This document shows, piece after piece, positions 9,255-16,746 of a stretch of 34,928 nt of DNA (within the stretch, counting starts at the first letter, position 1; every line of letters starts with the position of its first letter). The stretch is taken from assembly GCA_036743695.1 (NCBI GenBank), contig DAINPC010000002.1:1-34928 (forward strand), given 5' to 3'. Under the pieces are notes generated by a model. It was not told the origin of the DNA and did not search any database. It saw only the letters and a list, made by a program, of their open reading frames with translations. Both the position numbers and the translations under genes were made by a program. This DNA is from Solirubrobacteraceae bacterium. GTDB lineage: Bacteria > Actinomycetota > Thermoleophilia > Solirubrobacterales > Solirubrobacteraceae.

Positions 9255-9551
9255 ATGAGCACAGACGAGCTGTACGGGGAGGGCGACCCTCCGGGCACGG
9301 AGCACCGGCAGGAGCGGATCAGGATCGAGACCGAGCGCCATCGAATCGAAGGCGTGCTCACGCTCGCGCGCGACGGCTACCGCAGCCGCGTCTCCGACGT
9401 GCTGAACGCCGCCGAGCGCGACTTCATCACGCTCACCGACGTGACCGTCGCGCCGCTGGAGGGCGGCCCCATCGAGCTGCACGCCTACCTCAGCCTCGCC
9501 CGTCGCCACATCATCTTCGCCGTCGCCGCCGCCGAGTACCCCGAGGGCTGA
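9255..9551 (+). CDS. Small conserved hypothetical protein (DUF6812-like)
   Basis: Good codon bias; HRIEGVL...RVSDVLN..ERDFITLTDV pattern; GATAAT 6 nt before the ATG suggests a leaderless start. Confidence 0.75.
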   Translation: MSTDELYGEGDPPGTEHRQERIRIETERHRIEGVLTLARDGYRSRVSDVLNAAERDFITLTDVTVAPLEGGPIELHAYLSLARRHIIFAVAAAEYPEG

Positions 9552-9572
9552 GGGCGGCGGATACACGGGGGA

Positions 9573-9661
9573 CGGAGAGGGCGGGATTCGAACCCGCGAT
9601 GGAGTTTGATCCCCATACTCGCTTAGCAGGCGAGTGCCTTCAGCCACTCGGCCACCTCTCC
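9573..9661 (-). tRNA. tRNA-Ser (anticodon GCT)
   Basis: Minus strand GGAGAGGTGGCCGAGTGGCTGAAGGCACTCGCCTGCTAAGCGAGT...GGTTCGAATCCCGCCCTCTCCG; 7-bp acceptor stem, long variable arm, discriminator G, CCA not encoded. Confidence 0.97.
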
Positions 9662-9678
9662 CTGGGATCGGGCATGGC

Positions 9679-9719
9679 AGTCTAGAGCCTGCCGGGCATG
9701 CCGCGCGACCGCGTAGCAT
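9679..9719. promoter_or_regulatory. Back-to-back -10-like hexamers for the divergent tRNAs
   Basis: TAGACT on the minus strand (9684-9679) and TAGCAT on the plus strand (9714-9719) in the 69-bp spacer. Confidence 0.5.
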
Positions 9720-9730
9720 CTGGGGCCCGC

Positions 9731-9820
9731 GGAAGGGTGGCAGAGCGGTTGAATGCGACGGTCTTGAAAACCGTTAGGCGGGCGAACCCCGTCTCGGGGG
9801 TTCGAATCCCCCCCCTTCCG
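9731..9820 (+). tRNA. tRNA-Ser (anticodon TGA)
   Basis: GGAAGGG/CCCTTCC acceptor stem, anticodon arm ACGGT-CTTGAAA-ACCGT, long variable arm, GGTTCGAATCC T-loop, discriminator G, CCA not encoded. Confidence 0.97.
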
Positions 9821-10086
9821 CCTACACAGCCAAATCTGTGCGTTTGCAGGAGACTTCCTCGCGTTCGGTCCCGCATCGGGATGCTGGCGTCTACCGCTCA
9901 GAAGGGCTGGAAAGGGCTCCTGAGGGGTGCTGCCTACCCCATTCCTACCCCAGGCGGGGCTGTGGAGAGTGCAATCGCCAGTCATTCGGTGGCGGCCTAA
10001 TGAAGGACGAGGCCAGGTCGTGCAAGGCTTCGAAGCCGACCCGTGGCATGATCGTTGGCAGATGCTCAATACCCATGGGAGGAACC

Positions 10087-10665
10087 ATGCCCACTGACGT
10101 GCTTGAGCGTGTCCGCTCCGAAATCGAAAACCGTCTTGCCGTTCTCTCCGGTGCGGTCTCTGAAGCGCAGGAACTGGAGATCGCTCTGGTCGCCTTGGAG
10201 GAGGTGCCGGTGGACAGCCGACCGGCTCCCGATGCTGGGAATGGCCGTCGTCGTCGCAAAGGGGCACGCAGACTTCACGGTCGTAAAGGCCGCAGGCGCA
10301 AAGGCAGCACCCCAGGCGCAAACGATCAGACCGTGCTTGACAGCCTGCACGGGCTGACGGAGCCGCTCGATATCAAAACCGTGGCGGGAAAGACGGGCCT
10401 CTCGCAGCAGACGGCTTCCTACACCCTCAAGAAGCTGACTGGCAAAGGGCTGCTCACGCAATCCTCGGTCGCTGGGGGGCGGGGAATGCCGAAGCTCGTC
10501 TTTGCCTTGGCCAGCAACGGGCCGGTAGCTCAGGCTGGAGCCACCGCGAACGAGGCCGCAAGCCCGCAGAGGTCCGAGACCACGATTTCGGCGGTACCGA
10601 AACGCAAAGCTCGGAAGAAAGCCCGACGCCGGAGCAAGGCTCCAAGGTCCGCACCGGCAAACTGA
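10087..10665 (+). CDS. Coiled-coil / basic linker / winged helix-turn-helix DNA-binding protein
   Basis: GGAGGA SD before ATG 10087; N-terminal amphipathic helix; Arg/Lys-rich linker; DIKTVAGKTGLSQQTASYTLKKLTGKGLL HTH plus wing GRGMPKLVF; basic tail. Confidence 0.75.
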   Translation: MPTDVLERVRSEIENRLAVLSGAVSEAQELEIALVALEEVPVDSRPAPDAGNGRRRRKGARRLHGRKGRRRKGSTPGANDQTVLDSLHGLTEPLDIKTVAGKTGLSQQTASYTLKKLTGKGLLTQSSVAGGRGMPKLVFALASNGPVAQAGATANEAASPQRSETTISAVPKRKARKKARRRSKAPRSAPAN

Positions 10666-10721
10666 GGAGGAGTTTCTCGGACGGCTGCTCTATCCGTTGA
10701 GCCACGGGGATAGGCGGACCT

Positions 10722-10898
10722 CACGATGGCGCATCGCGCGAGGGCTGGACGGTCGCAGGTTCCGAACGAACGACAGTGGCGCACGGCGACGGAGCGAACC
10801 TGTTCGTCCTCCGCGAGGGCAAGGTCGTCAAGATCGTCATGTACTGGGACCGTAACCGCGCGCTCGCCGACCTCGGCCTCGCACCGGAGGCGGGCTGA
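10722..10898 (+). pseudogene. C-terminal fragment of a SnoaL/NTF2-like protein
   Basis: From 10791 reads GANLFVLREGKVVKIVMYWDRNRALADLGLAPEAG*, a typical SnoaL-like C-terminus; the N-terminal half is absent or frameshifted. The left boundary is approximate. Confidence 0.65.
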
Positions 10899-10918
10899 TG
10901 TCCTCGGCGAACCTGCTT

Positions 10919-12568
10919 CTACGTGAGGAGCTTATTGGCCTGCGCACAGATTGCGGGGCTAGTCAGCCTCACGATCTGACCGGTCGCGACGTCAAGGAGA
11001 TAGGCGCTTCCGTACGGGATGCCTTCCGATATGCCTGTCTTGGTACACGGAACCTTGCCCCCGCTGGGCAACACCACGCCGCGAATGGTGGGATCGTGCA
11101 GCTGTACCTTGATCGCTCCTTCGATCTCGAACGGTGCGGCGAAGACGTCGATGCCCTCGTACTGGAGCGGGCTCCCTGAGATGAAGATCGTTGAGTCCGA
11201 TGGGGGATAGCGCGCGTGGAGCGAGATGCTCGCCAAGACCTTCTCCTGTTCGCGAAACGCACCGATCCACGCCTGGCCGTCCGAAACCGTTGTCTTCCCG
11301 TACTGGAAGCCGATAATCGCCGCCAGCGCCAGTCCCAGAGCGAGCGCTGGTCGGGGACGACCTACGAGGTAAGCTGCCAGCATCACCACCGCGTAGGCGA
11401 GAGCGACCGTTCCTATCGCGGCGGCAATGTTGATGCGGTTCGCGTTTTGTCCCGACCGCGGGTCATAGCCCAACGTAGGAAGCAACGGCGCCCAAGCGAA
11501 TACGATCCAGACCGCTGCGGCTGCAGCGAGCCGCAGCCAGCGAACTAGATCTCGTCGAACTTGGTCGCCTTTCGGCAGCAGAAGACACGCTACGGCCGCC
11601 ACGGCGATGACCACGAGCATTACCACGACGCCGCTCCGGGATTCGAGGGCGTCGAAGGGGTCCAGGGAAGCGGACACGACGTAGAGGGCGTGTCCGTAGA
11701 TGAATTCGATACGGCTTAGATCGGGTGTGACTTTGGGCTTTCCGGAAAGATGCGAGAAGTACGCGACGACCGCGACGCATACCCCGGCATCAACGATCCA
11801 TCGCCGCAAAGCGGTGCGCCGGTCGGTTACGCCTAGATAGAGCAGCCCAGCGGCGACTATCAAACCGATCGTGATCTGGTTCGTCAGGACGCTTAGGACA
11901 TACAGTCCGAGTGAGACACACCGCAGAATACGTCCGTGCCGGCTGCTGGCAACGCGGTGTGCGCGGAGTCCAGACAGGGCGATGCTGAGCCCAGCGACGA
12001 ACAGCAGGACGCTCAGGAGCGACTCGCTCCCCGACGACCAGAACCGAGTCGAGTCGGCGTAGGGGAACAGCGAGGTCAGGACTCCAATTGCACCGGCGTG
12101 TAGCAGGGGCACAGAAAGGCTCCGCAGAAGTGCGAAGACGAGCGGCGCCAAGAGAACTGGGAGCACGGCGCTGAGCGCCATGTATACCTTCATATGGACG
12201 CCGAAGAACCAGTGAAGGGGCGCATAGTACAAGAGCGCAGCGGGGCGAGCTTCAAACTGAGGGTGCAGCGCGCTGAACGCTCCAAACAGACCGGGATGCG
12301 CTCCCACGGGATGAAGACCACCGATTCCACTGCCGTAACGAGCGGTCGCTTGCCAGAACCAGTCATCGGCGTTGAAGCCGCCATGCAGAATCTGAGGGAC
12401 GACTGCCGGAGCATTAACGAGGATGGCGAGAGCACCGACGAGCAACATGCCTGGCCATACACCGGACCGAAAACGACCGGCAGGCCCTACAGACGAACGC
12501 AACCGTGCGAGCCTAAGACGAGCGGCGCCCGCGGCATCGCTCCCACGATCTGTGATTGCTGCGGTCAT
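10919..12568 (-). CDS. Multi-pass membrane protein, GT-C-fold-like glycosyltransferase (GtrC-like)
   Basis: Roughly 10-12 hydrophobic segments; DD motif after the first TM (NADDWFW) followed by RP (EARPAALLYY); soluble C-terminal domain; atypical codon usage. Start uncertain (ATG 12568 or further downstream); the ORF-track extension to 12649 lies in the IS remnant. Confidence 0.65.
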   Translation of the reverse strand: MTAAITDRGSDAAGAARLRLARLRSSVGPAGRFRSGVWPGMLLVGALAILVNAPAVVPQILHGGFNADDWFWQATARYGSGIGGLHPVGAHPGLFGAFSALHPQFEARPAALLYYAPLHWFFGVHMKVYMALSAVLPVLLAPLVFALLRSLSVPLLHAGAIGVLTSLFPYADSTRFWSSGSESLLSVLLFVAGLSIALSGLRAHRVASSRHGRILRCVSLGLYVLSVLTNQITIGLIVAAGLLYLGVTDRRTALRRWIVDAGVCVAVVAYFSHLSGKPKVTPDLSRIEFIYGHALYVVSASLDPFDALESRSGVVVMLVVIAVAAVACLLLPKGDQVRRDLVRWLRLAAAAAVWIVFAWAPLLPTLGYDPRSGQNANRINIAAAIGTVALAYAVVMLAAYLVGRPRPALALGLALAAIIGFQYGKTTVSDGQAWIGAFREQEKVLASISLHARYPPSDSTIFISGSPLQYEGIDVFAAPFEIEGAIKVQLHDPTIRGVVLPSGGKVPCTKTGISEGIPYGSAYLLDVATGQIVRLTSPAICAQANKLLT

Positions 12569-12695
12569 CGCCCCGGAGCCTACACTTCTCATCAACCGCC
12601 TTGGTTTTCGCAGCGTATAGTTCTTCGATCTCTCGGGGTGGACGGTCACCGAGGTTTTCGTGGAGACGGCTGTCGTTGAACCAGCTGATGTACTC
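12564..12695 (-). mobile_element. IS3-family remnant (transposase C-terminus plus degenerate right end)
   Basis: Minus frame from 12695 reads EYISWFNDSRLHENLGDRPPREIEELYAAK, matching the IS3 integrase-core C-terminal motif (WFN..RLH..LG..PP.E.E); plus-strand TCATCGCCCCGG resembles the IS6110-type end TGAACCGCCCCGG. Confidence 0.75.
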
Positions 12696-12783
12696 GCCGT
12701 CGCGTCAAGGTCACGGCGTTGGCAGATGCAAGGGCACGGCGCGTAATCTCGACCAGGTGGGGGGTTGTGTACTCCTCAGACAT
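12696..12783 (-). pseudogene. N-terminal fragment of a SnoaL/NTF2-like protein, frameshifted and truncated by the IS3 remnant
   Basis: MSEEYTTPHLVEITRRALASAN, then after a one-base shift RDLDA, resembling the MSEESTTPDLVELxRR...NRRDxDA N-terminus of this family. Confidence 0.55.
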
Positions 12784-12994
12784 CACGCGCTGAGTATCCC
12801 GCAGACGGGTCTGGAGGGACGCTGGCGAGCCTGCCAACACTCCGGACCAGCCGTTGGATCACACCTTCAGCCGTACACATCCCCTCCCTTGTGTACGCCG
12901 AGATACGAGCTTCGCGTCGGGAAGTCGGTTCTCGAATGCGGATCACTAAGGAACAGTTCTTCATAGGCTGGCCACCTGGGGCTCGGTAGGCTGA

Positions 12995-13159
12995 GGCGAC
13001 CTAAAGCGCCGCTTGAGAGTGAAGGGAGGGAGCTATCGATCTATCGCGGTCTCCCTCAATCGCTCGGGAACCCCGGCCAAGAACGGCGGCAACTGGTTCG
13101 CCTCTTCGGTGCGGTCGGTCCTGCTGACGGCTCCCAAGCTGGAAGAGGCGACGGCGTGA
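12995..13159 (+). pseudogene. Serine recombinase C-terminal remnant
   Basis: Reads LRVKGGSYRSIAVSLNRSGTPAKNGGNWFASSVRSVLL...*, matching the recombinase-domain pattern G.S.R.IA..LN..G.P...GG.W..S.VR.VL; upstream stop at 12992 and no catalytic domain. Not in the ORF track. Confidence 0.7.
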
Positions 13160-13548
13160 GCAACAAGAGCGATCATCCGACTGTCGATAGATGCGAGTGT
13201 GGAGCCGGTCTGATCTGGGAATCACGCGAGTCGCCTGCTGGCATACGTTGGCCCGCGCTGTGCTGCATCCTCGCGGTTGCATGGCTGCTCGCACAGGTCT
13301 ATGCACCGCATGAGACGGCCCGTAGGGTCATGGAGCTGGCCGGTTCGGCGCGTACATGGATCGGGCGCTCGCGGCTGCATGCGGCGGCGCTGCCGGCAAC
13401 CGTCGTCGTGCTGGTGCTCGTCGCCGTCGCCGGGTACTCGATCCGGCGGCGCTCCGCTCGCTGGCAGGCCTCGGCTCCTCCCGTTCAGATCGCGGACGGC
13501 GTCCCCGCCCTGACCGCTAGCGGGCATGGCACAATGGTGCGTCGATGA
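13156..13548 (+). pseudogene. Probable chimeric ORF: element-derived 5' part fused to the 3' end of a membrane-protein gene
   Basis: GTGA overlap with the recombinase remnant stop; low-GC N-terminus with CECG; from about 13240 high-GC and hydrophobic; ATGA overlap with the GT2 start. Confidence 0.4.
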
Positions 13549-14531
13549 AGCTCAGCCTTGTACTTCCGGTCTACGACGAGGCGCCAGTGCTGCCCGAGCT
13601 GTATCGTCGCCTGCGGGCGGCGCTCGAAGGGCTGCCGGCCGAATGGGAGGTGATCTTCGTCGATGACGGCTCGACCGACGGCAGCTGGGCGGGTGTGCGC
13701 GCGCTCGCGCTCGAAGACGAGCGCGTGCGTGGGGTCCGCCTGTCGCGCAACTTCGGACATCAGATCGCGCTGACAGCCGGCTTGGAGGTCGCCGAGGGCG
13801 ACGCCGTGGTCACGATGGACAGCGATCTGCAGCATCCGCCCGAGACGATTCCCGCACTCGTCCGGCAGGGGGCCAAGGGCTTCGACGTCGTGTATGCGAT
13901 ACGGGGAGCATCCGACGCCGAGTCGTGGTTCAAGGTCCGCTCGGCGGCCGTTTTCTATTGGCTGCTGAACAAGCTGACCTCGCTGAGCCTGCCGCATGGC
14001 GGCGCGGACTTCCGCTACATGAGCCGTCGTGCCGTCGACGCGGTGCTGGCGATGCCCGAGCGCAACCGCTTCCTGCGTGGCATGACCCGTTGGGTCGGCT
14101 TCGAGCAGACCGCGATCGAGTACGTGGGCGACGCGCGAGCGACAGGTCAGGCGAAGTACACATTCCGCCGCATGCTGCATTTCGCCCTCGACGCCATCGC
14201 CGGCTTCTCGGCGATCCCGCTCCGCCTAGCGAGCGTGCTGGGATTCCTGGTCTCTGGCCTGGGCTTCGTCTATCTGCTCTATGTGCTGGCGATCCACGTT
14301 GCCGGCAAGGCGATCCCCGGGTGGACGTCGGTGACCGTGGCGGTGCTGCTGCTCGGCGGCGTGCAGCTCATCTGCCTGGGCATCGTCGGCCAGTATCTGG
14401 GGCGGATGTACGACGAGACCAAGCAGCGGCCGCTGTTCTTCGTGGCCGACGACACGCGCGACGGCGATCGCCACGCGTCCGTGGCGCGGCTGCTGACATC
14501 GAGGATCGACGATCTCGACGCCGGCCGCTAG
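13545..14531 (+). CDS. Glycosyltransferase family 2, GtrB-like (paralog of 5863..6888)
   Basis: VDDGSTD, LSRNFGHQIAL, DSDLQHPP, ADFRYMSR, two C-terminal TM helices, GQYLGRMYDETKQRPLF. Confidence 0.92.
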   Translation: MKLSLVLPVYDEAPVLPELYRRLRAALEGLPAEWEVIFVDDGSTDGSWAGVRALALEDERVRGVRLSRNFGHQIALTAGLEVAEGDAVVTMDSDLQHPPETIPALVRQGAKGFDVVYAIRGASDAESWFKVRSAAVFYWLLNKLTSLSLPHGGADFRYMSRRAVDAVLAMPERNRFLRGMTRWVGFEQTAIEYVGDARATGQAKYTFRRMLHFALDAIAGFSAIPLRLASVLGFLVSGLGFVYLLYVLAIHVAGKAIPGWTSVTVAVLLLGGVQLICLGIVGQYLGRMYDETKQRPLFFVADDTRDGDRHASVARLLTSRIDDLDAGR

Positions 14532-14554
14532 GCCGGGCCAGCGAGGTGCGCTGG

Positions 14555-14830
14555 CTACTCAACTGGGACGAGTGGCCCCGGAACGGCAGCTGGTTCGGCC
14601 GGCTTGGAGTGAAAGATGCCGCGACGGAAGAGCAGGAAGTTGGTGCACGCGAGCACGGCCACGGTCACGACATAGACGATCTCGGTGGCAACGCCGAGAA
14701 GCGGCGGCAGCAGCGAGGTCGAAGCGGCGGTCAGCCCGTACTGCGCCCCGGCGGCGAGCAGGTAGCGGCCGACCTGATGATGGAGCGGAAGCGCGAACTC
14801 CTCGTGATGGGTCCAGACGAACACGCGCTG
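14555..14830 (-). pseudogene. 5'-truncated GtrA family gene
   Basis: QRVFVW...QVGRYLL...NFLLFRRGIFH is the second half of a GtrA-like protein; the first two TM helices are missing, and similarity begins at 14830. Confidence 0.6.
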
Positions 14831-14913
14831 CCTCCAGAGCCAGATCCCGATGTTCGTAGGCGTAGCTGAAGCGCGCCCGGCCGCAGGGGCCCCCCGCGCT
14901 CCGCGGCCCGCGG

Positions 14914-16746
14914 TCACTTCAGGGTCGGCTGTGCCGCCGGCACGGCGCTGCCCAGGACGCGTCCGGCCGAATCGAGCGCCTGGACGCTCAGATATGGGCC
15001 CGTCGTGGCCACGGGCAGCTGGATCGCCGTCTCAAAGCCTGCGCGCGGCGCGTGCGCCACCGCCCGCATGGTCGTGGGCTTGGACCCGGCGAGCGCCCTC
15101 CACGACGCCACCTGAGTCGCCCCGTTCCAGCTCGCATAGACCGTGCCAGCACCGGGCGTGCCGCGCGCGAACGCGAACGCGGGCGGATGGACGGGCGTTC
15201 CCGTCCAGGCGAAGCGGAAGCTCCGATAGGACTGCTCGTGAACGGGGAAGTGCGCGTCGAACAGCAGCGTGCCGCTGGGACTGAACTCGGAGAGGTCCGG
15301 CACCTGCCCCCAGCCGAGGAACCAGTCGCCGTTGGCCAGCGCCTGGATGTTGCCCTGGCTTTCGGCCACCAGCCCCGGCGTGTGCGTGAACTGGCTCACC
15401 AGCGTCGCCGTAGCGCCCGTGGGGTCCAGACGCAGGACGATGCCGCGCGACTGGGCGTGGACGGTGGGTGAGGAGCCGTTGTCGAAGAGGCTGAACGTGC
15501 CGTCCGGCAGCTCGCGCGGGTCGTGCTGCCAAGCGGTGCCGGCGCCCGGCCCCGCCTTGAAGCTGCTGTGCCTGCCTCCCAGCCGCCAGGCGATCTGTCC
15601 GCTGCGTGGGTCTATGTCGTAGACCGTCCACGTGTTGCGCGCCGAGATCAGCGGGGCGCCGTCCGGATCGAGGTTGAGCGAGTTGATGTGGAAGAAGTCA
15701 AACGGCGAGCCCGTCGAGGAGGTGCTCGCGGCCGCGTAGGACTCGCTCAGGCCGACGTGGTCGAGGCTGGTCCATTCGTACATCACCAGGCCCGTGCGCA
15801 CGTCGATCTCCTGGAAGATCCCGTCGGTCACCGCCCCATCGGCGGGGCCGCCCACCGCTGAGAGGTTGCAGAGGATCGGGTCATAGGCGGTGATCAGCGC
15901 CGTCCCCGCGCCGGTGAGCTGGAAGTCGTGCAGGTCGGCCTCATATCCGTTGCCCGCCCGGACGTGCGCGATGTCCGTGTAGGTGGCGTCTGCGATCACG
16001 TCCTCCCCGCGCCCGAACCCGTGCACCGAGATGTTCCCCTGCCACCACGTCAGCACGGGTTTGCCCTGGTATTCCTGGACCTTGAGGTTGGTCGCCGAGG
16101 TGTAGCGTGGCAGCGCCTTGAACCACACCGTGGCGCCACTCTGGTCGAGGATCTCCGGACCGGCTTGGCCCGGACCGGAGTACGGCGCCACGAACTCCTC
16201 GCCCGGCGCCACCGCGGGGGACTGGGCGCTGACGGTGAGCACCGGCGGCTGCAGGTCAGGGCGCGAGCGGAAGCTCTGGACTTCTGAGGCGGCGCCCGGG
16301 TGGATGGCCTCGGGTGTGGTGCTGATGGAATCCTGGCTGGCCACGGCGAACTGGTCCAGCAGCGTGCGCGCGGAGTGCCCGGAGCGCACGCGCGCGCGGA
16401 CCGTGACGCGCTCGCCTTCCGCGAACGGCCGGGTCGGCAGGAAACTCGCGCCGTCGCCCGATGAGTAGGCTGCCAAGCGCCCCGTGTGGCTGCCTGTGCG
16501 CGAGCCGCTCACGCTGATCGCGCTCAGCTCCGAGACGGGGACCCCGAGGAAGCTGATCTGCGCCTGAGGCGAGGCGTCACGACTGCCCGACAGCGGCGAG
16601 ACCGTCACTGACCCAGCCTTTAGAGCGGAGCTGTTCAATGTCGCCGGAACGCACGTCGGGCCCGCGGCAGCGGCAGCGTAGGCGGCGGTCTCTGCGGCGA
16701 GCCCCAAGCCCAACGCCACCCCGGACCCTAGGATGAGAGCGCGCAT
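14914..16746 (-). CDS. Exported arylsulfotransferase (ASST) family protein, paralog 1
   Basis: Signal peptide from ATG 16746 (or 16755); FRSRPDL, LTWWQG, DLHDFQ, FFHINS, ISARN, WRLGG, WQHD, FDNG, SQGNIQ, YASWNGAT. Confidence 0.88.
   Translation of the reverse strand: MRALILGSGVALGLGLAAETAAYAAAAAGPTCVPATLNSSALKAGSVTVSPLSGSRDASPQAQISFLGVPVSELSAISVSGSRTGSHTGRLAAYSSGDGASFLPTRPFAEGERVTVRARVRSGHSARTLLDQFAVASQDSISTTPEAIHPGAASEVQSFRSRPDLQPPVLTVSAQSPAVAPGEEFVAPYSGPGQAGPEILDQSGATVWFKALPRYTSATNLKVQEYQGKPVLTWWQGNISVHGFGRGEDVIADATYTDIAHVRAGNGYEADLHDFQLTGAGTALITAYDPILCNLSAVGGPADGAVTDGIFQEIDVRTGLVMYEWTSLDHVGLSESYAAASTSSTGSPFDFFHINSLNLDPDGAPLISARNTWTVYDIDPRSGQIAWRLGGRHSSFKAGPGAGTAWQHDPRELPDGTFSLFDNGSSPTVHAQSRGIVLRLDPTGATATLVSQFTHTPGLVAESQGNIQALANGDWFLGWGQVPDLSEFSPSGTLLFDAHFPVHEQSYRSFRFAWTGTPVHPPAFAFARGTPGAGTVYASWNGATQVASWRALAGSKPTTMRAVAHAPRAGFETAIQLPVATTGPYLSVQALDSAGRVLGSAVPAAQPTLK

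Larger units (their letters stand above)
9820..14860. mobile_element. Decayed genomic island at the 3' end of tRNA-Ser(TGA)
   Basis: Visibly lower GC and A/T-ending codons over about 9820-13240; IS3 and serine-recombinase remnants; several gene fragments; degenerate direct repeat at 9820-9850 and 14830-14860. No intact integrase. Confidence 0.65.

Noticed and set aside
9731..9820. tRNA with TGA in the anticodon loop as a selenocysteine or suppressor tRNA
   Set aside because: Anticodon TGA reads UCA (Ser), whereas tRNA-Sec has anticodon TCA. The acceptor stem is a normal 7 bp.
12776..12964. 62-aa minus-strand ORF in the island
   Set aside because: No recognisable motif or codon bias; cannot be supported.
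9821..14860. Intact prophage/ICE or anti-phage defence system in the island
   Set aside because: No complete integrase, structural, conjugation or recognisable defence genes, and no exact duplication of the tRNA 3' end.
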